Numbered from the stretch's first letter, positions 47,375 to 56,138 are shown. The stretch is DNA of 64,000 bases from a virus (IMGVR_UViG_3300044712_000264:1023-65022), one strand, 5' to 3'. Program-made: numbers and translations. Notes: generated by a model not told the origin, from the sequence alone.

Positions 47375-47612
47375 TATGGCATTGAACATGGTATTCAGTA
47401 GGTTAGAACGTTGATTTATAACGTTTTCTGGCTCCCCCCTGCTCCGCCAGTATCAATCCAAGACAATCCACAAAAGCCCCATACTGTCTAAGTATCGGGG
47501 CTTTTCCATTGGGCGGACGGTGCATAATAGTCCCAGCTAATCCATAGCGATACCACGCAAGCCACGATACAAACATGGTACCCGTCGTGGTATCCACCGG
47601 GACAATACCATG
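47375..47612. mobile_element. attP: tRNA-3'-like core with flanking arm-type repeats
   Basis: Core TCCCCCCTGCTCCGCCA (47433-47449); 12-bp-periodic (C/T)ATGG(C/T)A repeats at 47375-47395 and 47573-47594; IHF-like AATCAACGTTCTA on the minus strand. Confidence 0.75.
47472..47505 (+). terminator. Intrinsic terminator after att core
   Basis: AAAAGCCCC..GGGGCTTTT. Confidence 0.75.
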
Positions 47613-48770
47613 ACCTTGACTGTGCGCACCATTGACGCTGCAAAACCTCGTGAAAAAGGCTACAAGCTGGCCGACGGTGCCGGGCTGTACCTCTACGTGG
47701 CACCAACAGGCGTAAAAAGCTGGCGTGCAAACTACACACGGGCAGGGAAACAAGCCACGCGCACCTATGGCCGGATGCCGGATATGACACTGGCCGACGC
47801 ACGCAAGGCACACGCAGCTGCGCGCGATACCACGACGGATGCCCTTGCCAAGGCTCCGAAGTTTGAAGCCGTGGCGCGTGACTGGCTAAAAATCAAGCTG
47901 CCGACGCTTTCAAATTCCAAACACCAGATACAGGTTGAGAACACCCTGGAGCGGTTTGTTTTCCCGGCCATCGGTGCCAGACCGATTGACACACTGCGCC
48001 GTGCTGATCTTGTTGCGTGCGTCCAAGCGGTGCAGGCCGGAGGGCAGATTGAAACGGCGCACCGGGTTGCCGGGCGCATAGCGGCTGTGCTTGACTACGC
48101 CCAGGATTCTGGTTTGATCGAAACGCATCCAGCCAGCGGCCTGGCGCGTGTGCTGCAATCGCGCAAAGTCAAAAAGCCAATGGCCAGCATACCGCCAGAA
48201 GAAACCGGCGCACTGTTGCGCGCCATCGCCGACTATGACGAACCCGTTACCAGGCTTGGATTGCAACTGCTGGCCCATGTGTTTGTCCGGGTTGGCGAAT
48301 TGCGCGGTATGAAATGGGATGAATTGCGCGAAGGTAGCGCAGTGTGGGTGGTCCCTGAAGAGCGCATGAAGCTGCGCCTACCACATGTTGTCCCATTATC
48401 AGCGCCTGCACAGTGTTTGCTGGAGTCGCTGCGCGTCATAAATGGCGATCGTGAGTATGTGTTTGATTCGCCTATTCGCCCAGGGCACCCGATCTCGGAA
48501 AACACATTTTTGTTTGCGCTCTACCGACTCGGATACCGTGGGCGCATGACTGCCCACGGATTCCGTGCGCTTGCCAGCACTGTTCTCAATGAACAATCTG
48601 ACTTTGCGCACGATGTTATTGAGCGGCAGCTGGCGCACAAAGAGACTGACGCGGTACGAGCTGCATACAACCGGGCAGAATATCTCGATGCACGCCGCGA
48701 TCTCATGACGTGGTGGAGTGATTGGCTGGCTGCGCAAACCGATGCAAATCAGAAACCCGCCAGCGGGTAA
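47610..48770 (+). CDS. int: Tyrosine integrase (P4-like)
   Basis: YKLADGAGLYL arm-binding domain; R (VRVGEL), HGFR, LAH, AYNR catalytic residues. Confidence 0.95.
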   Translation: MTLTVRTIDAAKPREKGYKLADGAGLYLYVAPTGVKSWRANYTRAGKQATRTYGRMPDMTLADARKAHAAARDTTTDALAKAPKFEAVARDWLKIKLPTLSNSKHQIQVENTLERFVFPAIGARPIDTLRRADLVACVQAVQAGGQIETAHRVAGRIAAVLDYAQDSGLIETHPASGLARVLQSRKVKKPMASIPPEETGALLRAIADYDEPVTRLGLQLLAHVFVRVGELRGMKWDELREGSAVWVVPEERMKLRLPHVVPLSAPAQCLLESLRVINGDREYVFDSPIRPGHPISENTFLFALYRLGYRGRMTAHGFRALASTVLNEQSDFAHDVIERQLAHKETDAVRAAYNRAEYLDARRDLMTWWSDWLAAQTDANQKPASG

Positions 48771-48897
48771 TGCCGCCGATTTTGACGGGTTGCGGCAGAT
48801 TCCCTTTTGCTACCTCTCGCCAAAATGTTGATTTCCCCATACTCAGAAGCGTTGCAGCTTCTGCCGCCGGGATAAGTATCTTTTCGTTCATATTCAT
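48703..48897 (-). CDS. AlpA-family excisionase/RDF
   Basis: AAEAATLLSMGKSTFWREVAKGNLPQPVKIGGITRWRVSDL; convergent overlap with int. Confidence 0.85.
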   Translation of the reverse strand: MNMNEKILIPAAEAATLLSMGKSTFWREVAKGNLPQPVKIGGITRWRVSDLHRFAQPANHSTTS

Positions 48898-48907
48898 TTC
48901 CAAAAAC

Positions 48908-48933
48908 AAAAACCCCGCTGCTTGAGCGGGGTT
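48908..48933 (-). terminator. Intrinsic terminator
   Basis: AACCCCGCT..AGCGGGGTT with T-run on the minus strand. Confidence 0.65.
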
Positions 48934-49015
48934 GGTGGTGATTGCCCTGGTGTATTTCAACCCAAGCGCGGCGGACCTTGCGGCTAAGTTGGGGTAGGCG
49001 GCATGGGCTGTTAAG

Positions 49016-49282
49016 TCACACGCGAATGCATTCCTTGGCTTTGTCGGTGAGGTACACCAGCCCGTCACGTTCATAGAAAAATCCGCCAGTGTCGTCAAGA
49101 GCCTTTGAACCCTCTCGATGATCCCCTGGTCCGTTACGGCCAATAGTCATTACCCTCCAGTAATAGTCGTCCTTGAACAGGCCCCGAGGTACTCCGTCGT
49201 CTAGTGTTCGTGCGTTCTGCACAAACAACAGCAGCTCGGATTCTGTTTCTGATGATCCTGTAAAAATACCTTTGTAGTCCAT
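49016..49282 (-). CDS. Hypothetical protein
   Basis: AAGGA SD, 88 aa. Confidence 0.55.
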   Translation of the reverse strand: MDYKGIFTGSSETESELLLFVQNARTLDDGVPRGLFKDDYYWRVMTIGRNGPGDHREGSKALDDTGGFFYERDGLVYLTDKAKECIRV

Positions 49283-49291
49283 GTAAATTCC

Positions 49292-49474
49292 TTAATGCCT
49301 GTGATTCGAGCGCGTCGGGATTGTCCCCCGGCGCTCCATGTTGCGCAGGGTCTGCGGCGTGCATGTGTACCGTGCGCACATCTCTTCGGTTGACAGCCAC
49401 GGCGACAGGCTGGCAATCAGGCGCTCAACTTCCATGCTAAGGCGGCGCACTTCCAATATCGCTGCTTCGGTCAT
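49292..49474 (-). CDS. Excisionase-like HTH protein, possibly truncated
   Basis: WLSTEEMCARYTCTPQTLRNMERRGTIP stops before a typical wing. Confidence 0.55.
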   Translation of the reverse strand: MTEAAILEVRRLSMEVERLIASLSPWLSTEEMCARYTCTPQTLRNMERRGTIPTRSNHRH

Positions 49475-50058
49475 TTAACCCCCTTGTGCCCATCGTTGCC
49501 CAGCGTCTTCTTGAAGCCCACATTCCCAGCGGTGTGGAACACAACCAAGCCCTCTGGCTTCATAAATCCGGGCGCTGCCACGCTTCCAGCAGCCTGAAGG
49601 TAGTTCATCCACATATCCACGGTGTTCGTGTCAAACGTGCATCTGTCTAACACCGGCACAAGTCCGCAACAAGGCGGCAAGAAGTCTTGTGTGCGTGTGA
49701 CTCGCGGGTCCATAGTAGGGTACGTTTTAGGTTCTGTGCCATGAAGCGCCCAGCGTTGCACATTGAACAGGCTGAACCGTTTTTCTTTCAGCCCGTAATT
49801 GCGCTGGATGCCTTGACCCCACCACTCGCCGAAGTGACGACCTGGCCCAAGAGTTAGCAGTTCGTCCCTGTGCGCTTCGGCCCATTTTGCAAAGCCATGA
49901 TTGTCATCTGTTGTGGTGATCCAGCGTGTGCGGCTCCCGATAAACATGGTTTTCCCATCATCGCTGATGTAAATCTGTGCATTCGTGCCGTCTATTTTTT
50001 CGGTGATTATCACTTCACGGGACAATCGCGCCATCTTAGGAAATTCTCTAAATTCCAT
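49471..50058 (-). CDS. RNA ligase (Rnl2-like nucleotidyltransferase)
   Basis: ITEKIDGTNA (motif I), GSRTR, FGEWWG, SLFN, PEGLVV, FKK. Confidence 0.85.
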   Translation of the reverse strand: MEFREFPKMARLSREVIITEKIDGTNAQIYISDDGKTMFIGSRTRWITTTDDNHGFAKWAEAHRDELLTLGPGRHFGEWWGQGIQRNYGLKEKRFSLFNVQRWALHGTEPKTYPTMDPRVTRTQDFLPPCCGLVPVLDRCTFDTNTVDMWMNYLQAAGSVAAPGFMKPEGLVVFHTAGNVGFKKTLGNDGHKGVK

Positions 50059-50086
50059 TGTTTAATCCTTTGTTTGTCTTTGTTCG

Positions 50087-50611
50087 TTACATTGCCAAAA
50101 TAGACCTCAGTGGCCGTGGTGTGTAATTCCGCGAGCTGTCCGGCGCAGGCCTGTACACCTCATACGGATGATGAACCCCGTAGGTAATGCGCACCTCTCG
50201 CCCGCCGATCTCAGCCACCATTTCATTCACGTTCGGCTTCCGATCTGGTATCACAAACGTTTCCATTCGGTGTAGCTGCTGTGGTGTGGCCACCTTGAGC
50301 GCCTGCATCTGCCTTGCTGGCGGAAAGTCCAAGTTCTGTAGCAGCATGCGCCCTCTATCAGTGATCGCGTACAAGTGCATTGCCCGTGTGCGTATCTTGT
50401 GCGCCGGATTTTGATTTGCCATTTGGCGCATCACCGCCCTGGTAGTGCATATGTATTCGCAGCGCTTTAGCGAGTTGATGCATTCTTTCGCATCGAATCC
50501 AAGTTCCGCGTTTACGTCATGCAACCCCGCCTCTCCTAGTTTTCTTATCGCCCGCAGCGTGGCTTCGTTCTTTTTGATTAGCTTGGCTATCCGTGTCAAT
50601 CCCCCAGCCAA
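50087..50611 (-). CDS. Hypothetical wHTH-like protein
   Basis: ORF in coupled operon; YAITDRG wing-like segment. Confidence 0.5.
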   Translation of the reverse strand: MAGGLTRIAKLIKKNEATLRAIRKLGEAGLHDVNAELGFDAKECINSLKRCEYICTTRAVMRQMANQNPAHKIRTRAMHLYAITDRGRMLLQNLDFPPARQMQALKVATPQQLHRMETFVIPDRKPNVNEMVAEIGGREVRITYGVHHPYEVYRPAPDSSRNYTPRPLRSILAM

Positions 50612-50907
50612 TACTCAATCGCCCGCACCGGCTCCATTTCTAGCTGCGTGGCAATGTGCATCTCCAGAATCGACAGCCTTGAGTCGTGCGCGCCCTTCAG
50701 CACAGCAAGACCGCTGCACTGCATCATCTCGGCTATGTTGACGCGCATACGTAGCTGCCACGGTGCGTCAATCTCAATGCCATTCTCAAGTGGATTGAAA
50801 ACGTCAAAGCCAGCACCTCGCAAGGCACTTGCGGCGTCATTGAATGCCGTTTTGTTGTATCCAGGTATGCCCGTTATTGGGCCGCAAAGGTAAAGTCGTT
50901 TTTTCAT
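50596..50907 (-). CDS. DUF4406/nucleoside deoxyribosyltransferase-like protein
   Basis: LYLCGPITG..N..AF..AA..LR..G..VFNP; S..LE. Confidence 0.8.
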   Translation of the reverse strand: MKKRLYLCGPITGIPGYNKTAFNDAASALRGAGFDVFNPLENGIEIDAPWQLRMRVNIAEMMQCSGLAVLKGAHDSRLSILEMHIATQLEMEPVRAIEYWLGD

Positions 50908-50911
50908 TTTG

Positions 50912-51123
50912 TCACCTCGTTGTTTGCTTTTTGATTTCCCGCCTGCAATTCTGGCATGTCACGCCCCCGGCTGGCTGTTCGTAGTCGATATACCACCGGC
51001 CATCATCAATGTCGCCACGGCCACATAACAGACCTTTGTTGGTAGCTGCGTGGACCATTAAATGCAGCTCGTTTCCGTGCTTGTGCTTGCATCGCCGGAC
51101 GAAAAAAATGATTGATCCGTCAT
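50912..51123 (-). pseudogene. Zn-finger-like ORF split by a frameshift at a T7 run
   Basis: ATGA-coupled start MTDQSFF; one extra T joins it to VRRCKH..VHAA..LCG..VTCQNC. Confidence 0.4.
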
Positions 51124-51326
51124 TGTTTACCCGTAGATTTGCAGGTTATGGTTAGTGTGCGCAGGTTCCCGTCGTCTACCCTGCGCACGGTGAATGTTTC
51201 TGCGGAGCAAGTGCTTGCCATGGCTCTAAAAGACATGTTTGCATCGTGGTATGACGTGTCGCATGCGGTCATCAATATGGTGGCTGACAGAAGAATCAAT
51301 GGCCGCATATATGCGCGGCGTATCAT
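51120..51326 (-). CDS. Small lipoprotein
   Basis: Hydrophobic N-terminus with MTAC lipobox-like motif. Confidence 0.5.
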   Translation of the reverse strand: MIRRAYMRPLILLSATILMTACDTSYHDANMSFRAMASTCSAETFTVRRVDDGNLRTLTITCKSTGKQ

Positions 51327-51751
51327 TGCTCATTCTCCGCAGATTGCAACAGTTCGACCACCTTCTCAGACCAGCCTTTTCCATCGACAAAGAATGCATT
51401 GCCTGCTTCGGTTGGTGTTCCAACAGCATCAACAAACCCCATGCTGCACAAGCGTTTTTGTGCAGTTTGCCAATTCGTTTTCATTCTGTGCCCAATCTGT
51501 CCAACGGATAGATACTTTTCTTCTGTCACAGGCGCTGGCGCTTTGACTTGGAACAGCTCAAGCACGTTGATGCCTGTGATAACAGCTACAGCGCGGTTTG
51601 CGCCCTGGATCGCCGCGTCCTTGTCCAGTCCAAGAGATACCGCAGCTTGTATCGCCTGTGGTATTAGCTTGATTGCGTCGATCCGTCGCTCGTATTCGGT
51701 TTTGGTGAGTTGGCCAGCGATGGCTTCGGTGATTGTTTTGGGTTGTGTCAT
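51323..51751 (-). CDS. Antirepressor C-terminal-like protein
   Basis: ANRAVAVITGINVL..YLSVGQIG..PTEAG..WSEKV. Confidence 0.55.
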   Translation of the reverse strand: MTQPKTITEAIAGQLTKTEYERRIDAIKLIPQAIQAAVSLGLDKDAAIQGANRAVAVITGINVLELFQVKAPAPVTEEKYLSVGQIGHRMKTNWQTAQKRLCSMGFVDAVGTPTEAGNAFFVDGKGWSEKVVELLQSAENEQ

Positions 51752-51765
51752 GGTGTTGTGGTAAT

Positions 51766-51790
51766 AAAAAACCCGCTGTTGGAGCGGGTT
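51766..51790 (-). terminator. Intrinsic terminator
   Basis: AACCCGCT..AGCGGGTT plus T-run. Confidence 0.65.
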
Positions 51791-51808
51791 GGGTGGGGTG
51801 TGAGTTGG

Positions 51809-52084
51809 TTATCCCTGCAAACGATGCCTGGTCACATTCGCAACAGCAGGAAACGGACTCGCAACCGTGGTTATCCGTTCAACCGTCGGCTCCAAAAAAT
51901 TGCTGTGCTCGTTGCCGGTGATCTTCAAATAGTCGCTTTCCACCCTTGCTGTGTCCACCAGCACACTAGCCACACTGGCCACTGCTTTGGCGCGTTCGAT
52001 GTCCATCGGTGTTTCTTTGTTTCGCAAATCTGCAAGTGTGTCCAGCAGCGACTGGCGTACTTGGTCAATGTGGGGATTTGTCAT
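51809..52084 (-). CDS. Hypothetical protein (HNH-adjacent)
   Basis: MDIERAKAVASVASVLVDTARVE; AAGGA SD. Confidence 0.65.
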   Translation of the reverse strand: MTNPHIDQVRQSLLDTLADLRNKETPMDIERAKAVASVASVLVDTARVESDYLKITGNEHSNFLEPTVERITTVASPFPAVANVTRHRLQG

Positions 52085-52548
52085 GCGGTTTCCTTTTTGA
52101 TGCGGTTGACTTGGCGCATGATTGCGCCTTTGAGTTGATAAAGTTTTCCAAGTTCGGTGTTTCTCCATACGCTGTTACGGCGCATGTTTTCGTGCCTTGT
52201 GATGCACTCCAGTCTGTCTGCCGTGACTTCTTCTTCCGCTACGGTTTTCATGCCTCTACGAAACACAACAATGTGGCCATCAGGGATGGGGCCGTGTGCT
52301 GCTTGCCACACAAGCCGGTGTACTGGCGTCCAGCGGCGCGTAGTCGGCAGCGATTGGTCATCGGTCATCTTGCGTTCCAGGTAGCCGTCTTTGCTGATGC
52401 GCAGCGTGCCGATTGGCACATAGTTGTGCTGCGCCGCTCCAGACATGTGCCCTTTCTTGAAGCGGGTTTCGTGGCTACGTCCACCAGAGTCGAAATTGAT
52501 TCCTTTGTTCCATGGTGTCTGGCCTGGTTTGAATGATGTTTTGTTCAT
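52081..52548 (-). CDS. HNH endonuclease with FKxG repeats
   Basis: FKPGQTPWNKG, FKKG, VHRLVWQAAHGPIPDGHIVVF..LECITRHENMRRN. Confidence 0.8.
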   Translation of the reverse strand: MNKTSFKPGQTPWNKGINFDSGGRSHETRFKKGHMSGAAQHNYVPIGTLRISKDGYLERKMTDDQSLPTTRRWTPVHRLVWQAAHGPIPDGHIVVFRRGMKTVAEEEVTADRLECITRHENMRRNSVWRNTELGKLYQLKGAIMRQVNRIKKETA

Positions 52549-52557
52549 TTTGGGCAA

Positions 52558-52580
52558 TAAAAAGCCCGCATCAGCGGGCC
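52558..52580 (-). terminator. Intrinsic terminator after antA
   Basis: GCCCGC-TGAT-GCGGGC-TTTTT. Confidence 0.65.
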
Positions 52581-52607
52581 ATTGGTTGGTTACAGAAACA
52601 GGGGGTT

Positions 52608-53564
52608 TCAGTTCGTTATGCGCTGCATCCTTTGGGCCAGTCTGCTGTTGCAGGCGGCTGCAAGTATTGCCAGTTCGTGGTTACTCACCAGCATGTCACC
52701 TTCGCGCCCAATGGCAACAGCCAGCTTCTGCACTGGCATTGCAATAGCGTCTGTCTCTAACTGTTCAGCGTGTGGCTTCACGACAGTATCGTCACGGCCA
52801 TCAGCCATGAACGAAAGCAGCCAGCGCTCATTCCTCCAGCTTTTACCTGCTTGCAGCAGCGTCTTGAACATGGTCTCTTGCACTTTTGCTGCTACCTGGT
52901 TGGAAGCCTCCAATGCTTGATAAATTTTGTCCTGGTTTGTTGGTGTATCGGGTGCTGGCAAGGTTGGAACCTCATTTGGTAAGTGTTTCTGAATCAAGGT
53001 GGCAATGCTCTGGTCGTCAAGCTTGCCTTGCAGGTAGGCCACGGCGTCGGCAAACTTAGACGGGTGCAGCAGCTCATATTTGTTGCATCCCATCTTGCGC
53101 TGGAATCGCGTCCAGGTGCTCGGGTAGTCCTGCTTGCCACTGGCGACGATCAAATCGACCAGCTCTTTCAGGTGCTGCTTCTGCGCCGGGCTTATGCGGT
53201 CGTAGGGCAACTTACAAGGAATGCTTGACAGTTGCACCTGTTTTTCACAAGCGATGAAGTAACGCCGGGCTTCGCGCCCTTTGTCGTTGTTTTCCACCAT
53301 CGCCAGCTCTTTGGCCATGTCCAGGGTCAGGTGGTAATCAATTGCAGCGCCGCGATTGCCGCTCGCCAATTCGGGCGAGCGGGAAATGCTCAGAAAATCC
53401 ACACCTTCCACAAACTTGAATTTTTTGATGCGGCCTTTGATCCAGTTTGAGAAGTCGCGCAACACTTCCATAAAGGTGTGCAGCGTGCGAGCGTCGCAAA
53501 GTTGAACGGATTGATCGTTGAGAGTCCCAGTAAAAACGGGGACGAGTGCGAGAGTTTCAGCCAT
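52608..53564 (-). CDS. AntA/AntB-family antirepressor
   Basis: DARTLHTFMEV.RDFSNWIKGRI..F.EG.DF..DYHLTLDMAKELAMVE..GREARRYFI.CE; GGAGG SD. Confidence 0.88.
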   Translation of the reverse strand: MAETLALVPVFTGTLNDQSVQLCDARTLHTFMEVLRDFSNWIKGRIKKFKFVEGVDFLSISRSPELASGNRGAAIDYHLTLDMAKELAMVENNDKGREARRYFIACEKQVQLSSIPCKLPYDRISPAQKQHLKELVDLIVASGKQDYPSTWTRFQRKMGCNKYELLHPSKFADAVAYLQGKLDDQSIATLIQKHLPNEVPTLPAPDTPTNQDKIYQALEASNQVAAKVQETMFKTLLQAGKSWRNERWLLSFMADGRDDTVVKPHAEQLETDAIAMPVQKLAVAIGREGDMLVSNHELAILAAACNSRLAQRMQRITN

Positions 53565-53865
53565 GATTGGCCTCCAGTTGTGTCGGTTTGAAAACCGCAC
53601 ACCCGCTTTCAATCGGGTGGCGACTTGAACAGGGTTGAAAGACCGGGACACTGGCGGAGGCCATTAACCGGCGGGCTTGCGCCCCCCTATTCAAGCCACC
53701 ATAAACTGGGGCACGAACAAAAAAGCCGCAAACCTTTGCGGTGATGCGGCTTTGCGCCGCCAGCGTCTTCAGGCTTTCAATCCCGGCCCCTGTTTTTTGC
53801 AGTGACTGGCCCCGGCGCGATCGCTGGAGCGTTCGAGCATTGTAGCGCGTAATTTCATTTTGCAT
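53565..53865 (-). promoter_or_regulatory. c4/ash-type cassette 3
   Basis: -10 TACAAT; a1 CGGG-ATTGAAAG-CCTG, b1 ACGCTGGCGG, terminator AAAGCCGCA..TGCGGCTTTTTT, a2 CCG-ATTGAAAG-CGG, b2 ACTGGAGG. Confidence 0.8.
53618..53702 (-). ncRNA. c4-like antisense RNA 3 (seed CTTTCAA / CCGCCAGTGT)
   Basis: TGGTGGCTTGAATAGGG..CCCTGTTCAAGTCGCCA stem, GGGC-GCAA-GCCC arm. Confidence 0.75.
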
Positions 53866-53886
53866 AGTGCGTAAAAAAGCCGCTTG

Positions 53887-54435
53887 TCAGGCTGCTTGTT
53901 TCTTCTCTTGATCTTGCATCGTTATCCATCGTAGAGAGGTCATCGCTGCTTCGTGCATCTGGTTAGGGCTGCTCTCAAGCAGCACATCTTCATACAGGCT
54001 TACTCCATCCGTCAGTTCCTGTATTGCTGGTCCATCGAGTCCCCACTGCCCTATACGTCGATAACGCTCCAGCGTGCGCATAAGTGCATCGGCTGCTTTG
54101 TCTATCAATGCAATGGCCGGATTGCCTTGGCCGCCGATGTCCAGGTAACGCGCTTTTGCTTCATTCAGCGCAAAAGCCAATGCGTTGTACGATTCGCGGT
54201 CTTCTGGTGGCACCGTTCGCTTGATGAACCCCTCTAGCGCCAGGTGTACCGGCAGAAGGATGGCTTTGTAGTCAAAATAGGTGTTGTCCTTGTACGGAGT
54301 GCATCTCGCAACCACGTTGTCAACACCATGCAGCCGCTGTTTTGCGCGGGCAATCACGAAGTCACCGATCTTGTATGTGACTGTTCCATGCTGGCTTTGC
54401 GCCAGTTTTCTAGCGTAGGTTGATGTTTTACGCAT
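53887..54435 (-). CDS. Hypothetical protein
   Basis: Helical ORF in early operon. Confidence 0.6.
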   Translation of the reverse strand: MRKTSTYARKLAQSQHGTVTYKIGDFVIARAKQRLHGVDNVVARCTPYKDNTYFDYKAILLPVHLALEGFIKRTVPPEDRESYNALAFALNEAKARYLDIGGQGNPAIALIDKAADALMRTLERYRRIGQWGLDGPAIQELTDGVSLYEDVLLESSPNQMHEAAMTSLRWITMQDQEKKQAA

Positions 54436-54862
54436 CGTCTTCAAGCAGCCGTTGTAGCGCATCACGTGCAGCTTTGCACTCTGGCTGCGTTCCGTAGACG
54501 CTCATTGTTGAGCGCCCGATGTGCGCTTCGATCTTGTCACGCTGGCGTTGATGCTCTTCCCGCACGGCCTTGGCCACTGCGTTGCGCAGCTCGACACCGG
54601 ATCGGTTGCGTTCAGTTTTTAGCTGTTCAACTTCAATTCGCAGTGCCTTCACCGCTTCTTCAAGCTGCCCGCAAAACTGAGATGTGTTCTGGCCTTTGGC
54701 GCACTGACGCCAGCCGTCTGAGCGCATTTGGCTGAATTGCTCAAAAGCAAGTTTCTCAGCAAAGTCGTAGACGTATGGATTCAGGTCCATGCGGCCATCC
54801 GGCTGCTCGCGGAGTGTGAATCCGCATTCGAGGGCAAGGGCTTTTATTTCGTCTTTGGTCAT
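54428..54862 (-). CDS. Hypothetical protein
   Basis: ATGA-coupled; IKALALECGF..DLNPYVYDFA. Confidence 0.6.
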   Translation of the reverse strand: MTKDEIKALALECGFTLREQPDGRMDLNPYVYDFAEKLAFEQFSQMRSDGWRQCAKGQNTSQFCGQLEEAVKALRIEVEQLKTERNRSGVELRNAVAKAVREEHQRQRDKIEAHIGRSTMSVYGTQPECKAARDALQRLLEDDA

Positions 54863-55107
54863 TTCAATTCTTCCGATGTCACTGGTATGTAGCTAGCGCA
54901 CCCGAAATCCGGCGCTGTGCGCAGCGTCGGCAGGTCGCGTGTAGGCTCTGGATTGTCACGACAGTCTGTGGCTCTGATGAGCGTCAACGTTCCGTCCCGT
55001 AGCAGTATTGGCAACGCTCTGCATCTGCCGAAACTTCCATCTTTTTGAGACTCTCTATCCCAAAAGCAGCATGTACTGCATGCGTAAGAATTCCAGTGTG
55101 GGTTCAT
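54859..55107 (-). CDS. Cys-rich hypothetical protein
   Basis: CSTC.FW..GRC..FGC. Confidence 0.55.
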   Translation of the reverse strand: MNPHWNSYACSTCCFWDRESQKDGSFGRCRALPILLRDGTLTLIRATDCRDNPEPTRDLPTLRTAPDFGCASYIPVTSEELK

Positions 55108-55161
55108 TCCATGTTCCCCCCAATATCCGCCGCCACTTTCAGCACAGCAAGCCTCGCGGTT

Positions 55162-55557
55162 TCATTTGTCGCTCCTAGTGAAGCTCAACAGCGCCTCTGC
55201 GTGGGCGATGGCTGCTTCTTGTGTGAGGTGAACAAGACCTAATTTCAGACAACGCTCTTGTGTTTCGTCGCCATAAAAATCATTTCTGTGTGCGCGCATT
55301 TTTGAATTTAGATCAACACACCAGTATTCAACATCCGGCGATGATTCCCGCACCGGCGCGGGCACTTCATGGCCGTTGATGGTGATGGTTTCTGGCTTGA
55401 TTCGCCATTCAAATCTGTCATCTGACAGATACTCAAACGGGGTTGGCTCGTCATGCCAAATCTTGCTTTCACGCAGTGCGTTTCGCATCTGTACCGTTTT
55501 GCCACGCGCGATCGCTATCAGGATGTCTGCTTGTGGGTGTGGTGTCAGTTCTTTCAT
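55162..55557 (-). CDS. Hypothetical phage protein
   Basis: WRIKPETITING.EVPAP..GLVHLT.EAA. Confidence 0.6.
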   Translation of the reverse strand: MKELTPHPQADILIAIARGKTVQMRNALRESKIWHDEPTPFEYLSDDRFEWRIKPETITINGHEVPAPVRESSPDVEYWCVDLNSKMRAHRNDFYGDETQERCLKLGLVHLTQEAAIAHAEALLSFTRSDK

Positions 55558-55772
55558 TTTAACTGCCGCCCAGCCCAAGCCGCAAAGCTGCTCAGGTACA
55601 GATAATCAAGCGCTCCACTCTGCTCGTACAGCACACCAGGCTCATTCGGAGGCGTGGCACCGAAAAAATGTTTCGGCCTGTGCTCGTCACCAATGGCCAA
55701 CACAGTGCGCTTTGTTGTTCCTTTTCCACGGTTGACGTAGGTTTTCCCAACTTCGATTTCACTTGTTTTCAT
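55554..55772 (-). CDS. Hypothetical protein
   Basis: IEVGKTY..SFAAWA; ATGA-coupled. Confidence 0.6.
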   Translation of the reverse strand: MKTSEIEVGKTYVNRGKGTTKRTVLAIGDEHRPKHFFGATPPNEPGVLYEQSGALDYLYLSSFAAWAGRQLK

Positions 55773-55996
55773 TGCGGCGTCATCCATCCAAACATTGAAT
55801 CAAACGTAATAACGCCACGCTTGCGCAGCGCTTGCAACCTACCATCAATCACCCGGAATGCCTCCCGTCCGGTTGCTACTGCTATGCGCTCACACTCGGC
55901 GCGCACTTCGCCGTGCATCACATCGCTCAACCGGCCCGTTTGGATCATGTCCATGCGAGCAACAATCAGAGCGTCCAGTTTGTCGTATTGGCTCAT
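55769..55996 (-). CDS. Hypothetical wHTH-like protein
   Basis: FRVIDGRLQALRKRGVITF. Confidence 0.6.
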   Translation of the reverse strand: MSQYDKLDALIVARMDMIQTGRLSDVMHGEVRAECERIAVATGREAFRVIDGRLQALRKRGVITFDSMFGWMTPQ

Positions 55997-56138
55997 GGTG
56001 CCATCCCATCAAGTGCTCGTTGTTTTTGCCGCTCTCTATCACGCGACATAACCCTGTCGCTCCACAGCTTGCGCCGCAAGCGCGCAATTTGTACTGCTGC
56101 ATAGGATATTGGTAGTAGCCTGTACTTTTCATTGCGTT

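Noticed and set aside
47430-47450. Complete tRNA gene
   Set aside because: Only the 3' acceptor side is present, with no TTCGA loop or upstream arms; treated as att core
48898-49143. N-terminal extension of AlpA
   Set aside because: Runs through a terminator and another ORF; the AlpA domain begins at ~48897
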